Part shown: piece by piece, positions 63,532 through 64,000 of the stretch
Layout: each line of letters opens with the position of its first letter
Numbering within the stretch: the first letter of the stretch is position 1
Source of the DNA: Microthyrium microscopicum
Taxonomy: Eukaryota
DNA length: 64,000 nt
Direction: 5' to 3'
NCBI GenBank assembly: GCA_010405405.1
Contig: MU004236.1
Location: forward strand, 1,866,070-1,930,069
The notes under the pieces: model-generated
The model's input: the letters and a program-made list of their open reading frames with translations, nothing else
The model's database searches: none
Told to the model about the DNA's origin: nothing
Made by a program: the position numbers and the translations under genes

Positions 63532-64000
63532 ATGCCGTCAACTTTCGCCATGTCTTCCACTACCGTGTTTTACGAAGCTGACAGTCCTACGCTGAAAAGG
63601 TCCAAATCTGAAAACGACAGTCCAACCTTTTTCGCCTTGTGTCCAACTCCAAAGAAAGTCGAATTCACTATTACTGCGCTCCCTCTACCTTCTCCCACTC
63701 CCAGGACGCCGCGTCGAACCTACGAATCTTCACATCGCAGAAAGGCCAGCATCGAAAAGTCGGGAAGGAAAGTTACAAGCCGGTCTTCCAACATGCAGGC
63801 ACAAAAACCGTCGGCGTTTGCCATGCAACAAGCACCTTCCTTCATGACCGTCTTTCAAAAATCCAATGCCAGCGAGACAAACTCATCAACGCATAGTTCC
63901 AATACCTCACAATCAGATTTATCCAAAGACTCGCATGGACCAGATACGATATTCAGCCCCATAGAGCCTACATCCTTCAACCCATTCCACCAACCGCGGA
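63532..64000 (+). CDS. 5' part of an S/T/P-rich protein, truncated by the window edge
   Basis: ATG at 63532 opens MPSTFAMSSTTVFYEADSPTLKRSKSENDSP..., with no stop for 156 codons to the window end. Preceded by a pyrimidine-rich leader. Confidence 0.65.
   Translation, partial: MPSTFAMSSTTVFYEADSPTLKRSKSENDSPTFFALCPTPKKVEFTITALPLPSPTPRTPRRTYESSHRRKASIEKSGRKVTSRSSNMQAQKPSAFAMQQAPSFMTVFQKSNASETNSSTHSSNTSQSDLSKDSHGPDTIFSPIEPTSFNPFHQPR

Overview
Gene-dense window from a filamentous ascomycete genome, judged from short GT-AG introns with CTAAC/CTGAC branch sites and RIP-type AT-rich repeats. I can support about 23 protein-coding genes. Conserved housekeeping genes: DSK2, NUP85, SCP2, eIF2-alpha/SUI2, SPO71, a MacroD protein and a GTT3-like protein. 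CAZyme, secreted and detox genes: GH35, GH5, GH114, CE3, an M6 protease, a PI-PLC-like protein, an epoxide-hydrolase-like protein, two MFS transporters, a CYP504 and a CYP52-clan P450, and a DxD glycosyltransferase. Mobile DNA read directly from the sequence: a 3.1-kb RIP-destroyed Mutator element with a perfect 9-bp TSD, two related MITEs with GGG(G/C)AG(C/G)GTTAGCAG termini and 3-bp TSDs, and a 671-bp RIP'd TIR element carrying a tRNA-like cassette. The least explained locus is 50.4-53.9 kb. It holds a tandem pair of divergent, intronless orphan paralogs with a central non-basic Zn2Cys6-like motif, and upstream of them a cluster of perfect CGA-loop hairpins plus a tRNA-like fold. All family assignments are from motif recognition by eye; no database searches were run, and exon boundaries are approximate.
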